Origin: Octopus sinensis
Lineage: Eukaryota
Length of the DNA: 64,000 nucleotides
Direction: 5' to 3'
Assembly: GCF_006345805.1 (NCBI RefSeq)
Contig: NC_043019.1
Span: 4,959,360 to 5,023,359 of the forward strand
Shown here: positions 62,193 to 64,000 of the stretch, piece by piece
How the letters are laid out: each line of letters begins with the position of its first letter
Numbering within the stretch: the stretch's first letter is position 1
The notes under the pieces: model-generated
The model's database searches: none
What the model was told of the DNA's origin: nothing
What the model saw: only the letters and a program-made list of their open reading frames with translations
Position numbers and translations under genes: made by a program

Positions 62193-63170
62193 TATTGTTA
62201 CGGAATCCCACCTGCCGTCGCTCGAACTCGAACCCGGGATCCTAACAAGTCGAGCGACGACGATTGACCAGGCTAGATCGATCGGGAAAGTTCGCCACGG
62301 AAAGAGAGAACTCAGAGAGGAGAGAGATAACAACAACAACAACTGCAGCAGGAAGAGACACAGAGGCAATTGGCTTACATTTAACCTACTAGTTTATATG
62401 ACTATTACAACAAATACAATGTGATACATCAGGTAGATACAAGCAACAGAATCAACAGCATGCAGATGCAATATAACAACAGCATTTAAAGAAAACAACA
62501 AATCAATACATTATACAATGTTCATGTCACAAATAATTCACGTTACAATTAACGTACACATTAACGATACAGTTCAGAGTTCTTTTCAGTCTTTAAAGAC
62601 TATATCAGAGTCTTTCTTTTTCTCTCTTTCTTTTCACATTAATTCTTTAACACAATGTCTTTATACATTTCTTTTCCAGCCTTTTAGCACTGTTCTTTCT
62701 TTTCCACAACAATTCTGAACATAAATACCACAACTCTTTCCTTCTTTTTCTTCACATATCAAAACATAATTAAACACATACCTTACAACAGCCAATGCCT
62801 CACACCGTAGTCCATCTCTATAAGCTGCTTAATCCTATTGTATGTCTTCCTCAACCCCTCATCCTCTCACTCTACTGTCATACTCTCGCCTGTCATCTCT
62901 CATGACTGTGTGTCTGTCTTCCTCTGCGCTTCCTTTGTAATCCTTTTGCTGTCTCTGGCAGAACTACCTGTTGCCAACTCACTCTGTTCCGACTGCCTTG
63001 TCTCTCGCAGAGTTTCCGGCCGACTGTGTTTACAGCTCAAAGTTCCTCCTTTTTAAGGGGTGTTTACAACGAACTTTCGTTCACCTGAAAGGGGTCGCAG
63101 GTCCACCCAGAACCAATCAATCCACCTGAATCTGACAGGACAATGGATTTATTCCAAAGTAGGTCGCAAC
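62193..63170. mobile_element. Possible solo LTR
   Basis: Begins TGTTACGG (TAACA on the minus strand); unique GC-richer non-coding block with CT-rich and T-rich tracts; the other end is not defined. Confidence 0.35.
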
Positions 63171-63582
63171 CAACTGTCCTAAGATTAGAAAGAGTGAAAG
63201 AATTGTATGAAAACCTATATCAATAAAAAAAAAAGCTTCTGGAATAGTAAATTGAAAGGGAATGGTCCTATTTCTGGAGACAAAGTTTGAGAGGTATTAG
63301 TGATAATATTTAGTATTTTGGCAGAATCATTTGGCAGGATGCCAGGCAAAATGTTTACTCTTACTCTTACTCTTTTACTTGTTTCAGTCATTTGACTGCA
63401 GCCATGCTGGAGCACCGCCTTTAATCGAGCAACTTGACCCCGGGACTTATTCTTTTTTTAAGCCCAGTACTTATTCTATCGGTCTCTTTTGCTGAACCGC
63501 TAAGTAACGGGGACATAAACACACCAGCATCGGTTGTCAAGCAATGCTAGAGGGACAAACACAGATACACAAACACACACGC

Positions 63583-63613
<31 letters not shown>

Positions 63614-64000
63614 TACGACGGGCTTCTTTCAGTTTCCGTCTACCAAATCCACTCACAAGGCTTTGGTCGGCCCGAGGCTATAGTATAAGACACTATCCCA
63701 AGGTGCCACGCAGTGGGACTGAACCCGGAACCATGTGGTTGGTAAACAAGCTACTTACCACACAGCCACTCCTGCGCCTGTTTAGTGCTATTTTGTCCAT
63801 CTTTACTACGTTGTGTTTAAATTCTGAGATGGTCAACTTTGCATTTCATCGTTTCAGGGTCAATAAAATAAGTTCCACATGAACACTGGGGTTTGATGCA
63901 ACTGACTTACCCCTTCTCCAAAATTGCTGGCTTTGGGCCAAAATAAGTACTCAACCATTGATCCTAAATTTATGACCAGTAATTCTAATTTTAACATCAC

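Overview
AT-rich, repeat-dense eukaryotic genomic DNA, most likely from an octopod cephalopod (Octopus sp.; inferred from the tRNA-derived SINE families, microsatellite load and protein sequences). Two protein-coding genes lie on the + strand. (1) The last 12 coding exons of VPS11 (3339-42437), the HOPS/CORVET subunit, covering the clathrin-repeat/alpha-solenoid end, the RING-H2 finger and the C-terminus. They splice into one open frame only if intron 22306-25382 is a minor-spliceosome (U12) intron with rare AT-AA termini. (2) The first three coding exons of an SLC16/monocarboxylate-transporter-family MFS gene (56026-61771), continuing past the window. Introns and intergenic DNA are filled with transposons: a decayed R4/Dong-clade LINE abutting a (TAA)n tract; RTE, CR1 and Gypsy fragments; Tc1/mariner relics; piggyBac- and hAT-type MITEs; non-autonomous Helitrons; at least four SINE families; and many tandem amplifications of transposon ends. 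The most striking unexplained structure is a set of sequence-unrelated, (TA)n-associated fold-back (palindromic) elements in VPS11 introns whose arms carry minimal type I hammerhead ribozyme motifs of the Penelope/retrozyme kind, oriented so that a transcript from either strand makes the antisense arm before the ribozyme. Coordinates were counted by hand; repeat boundaries are approximate.
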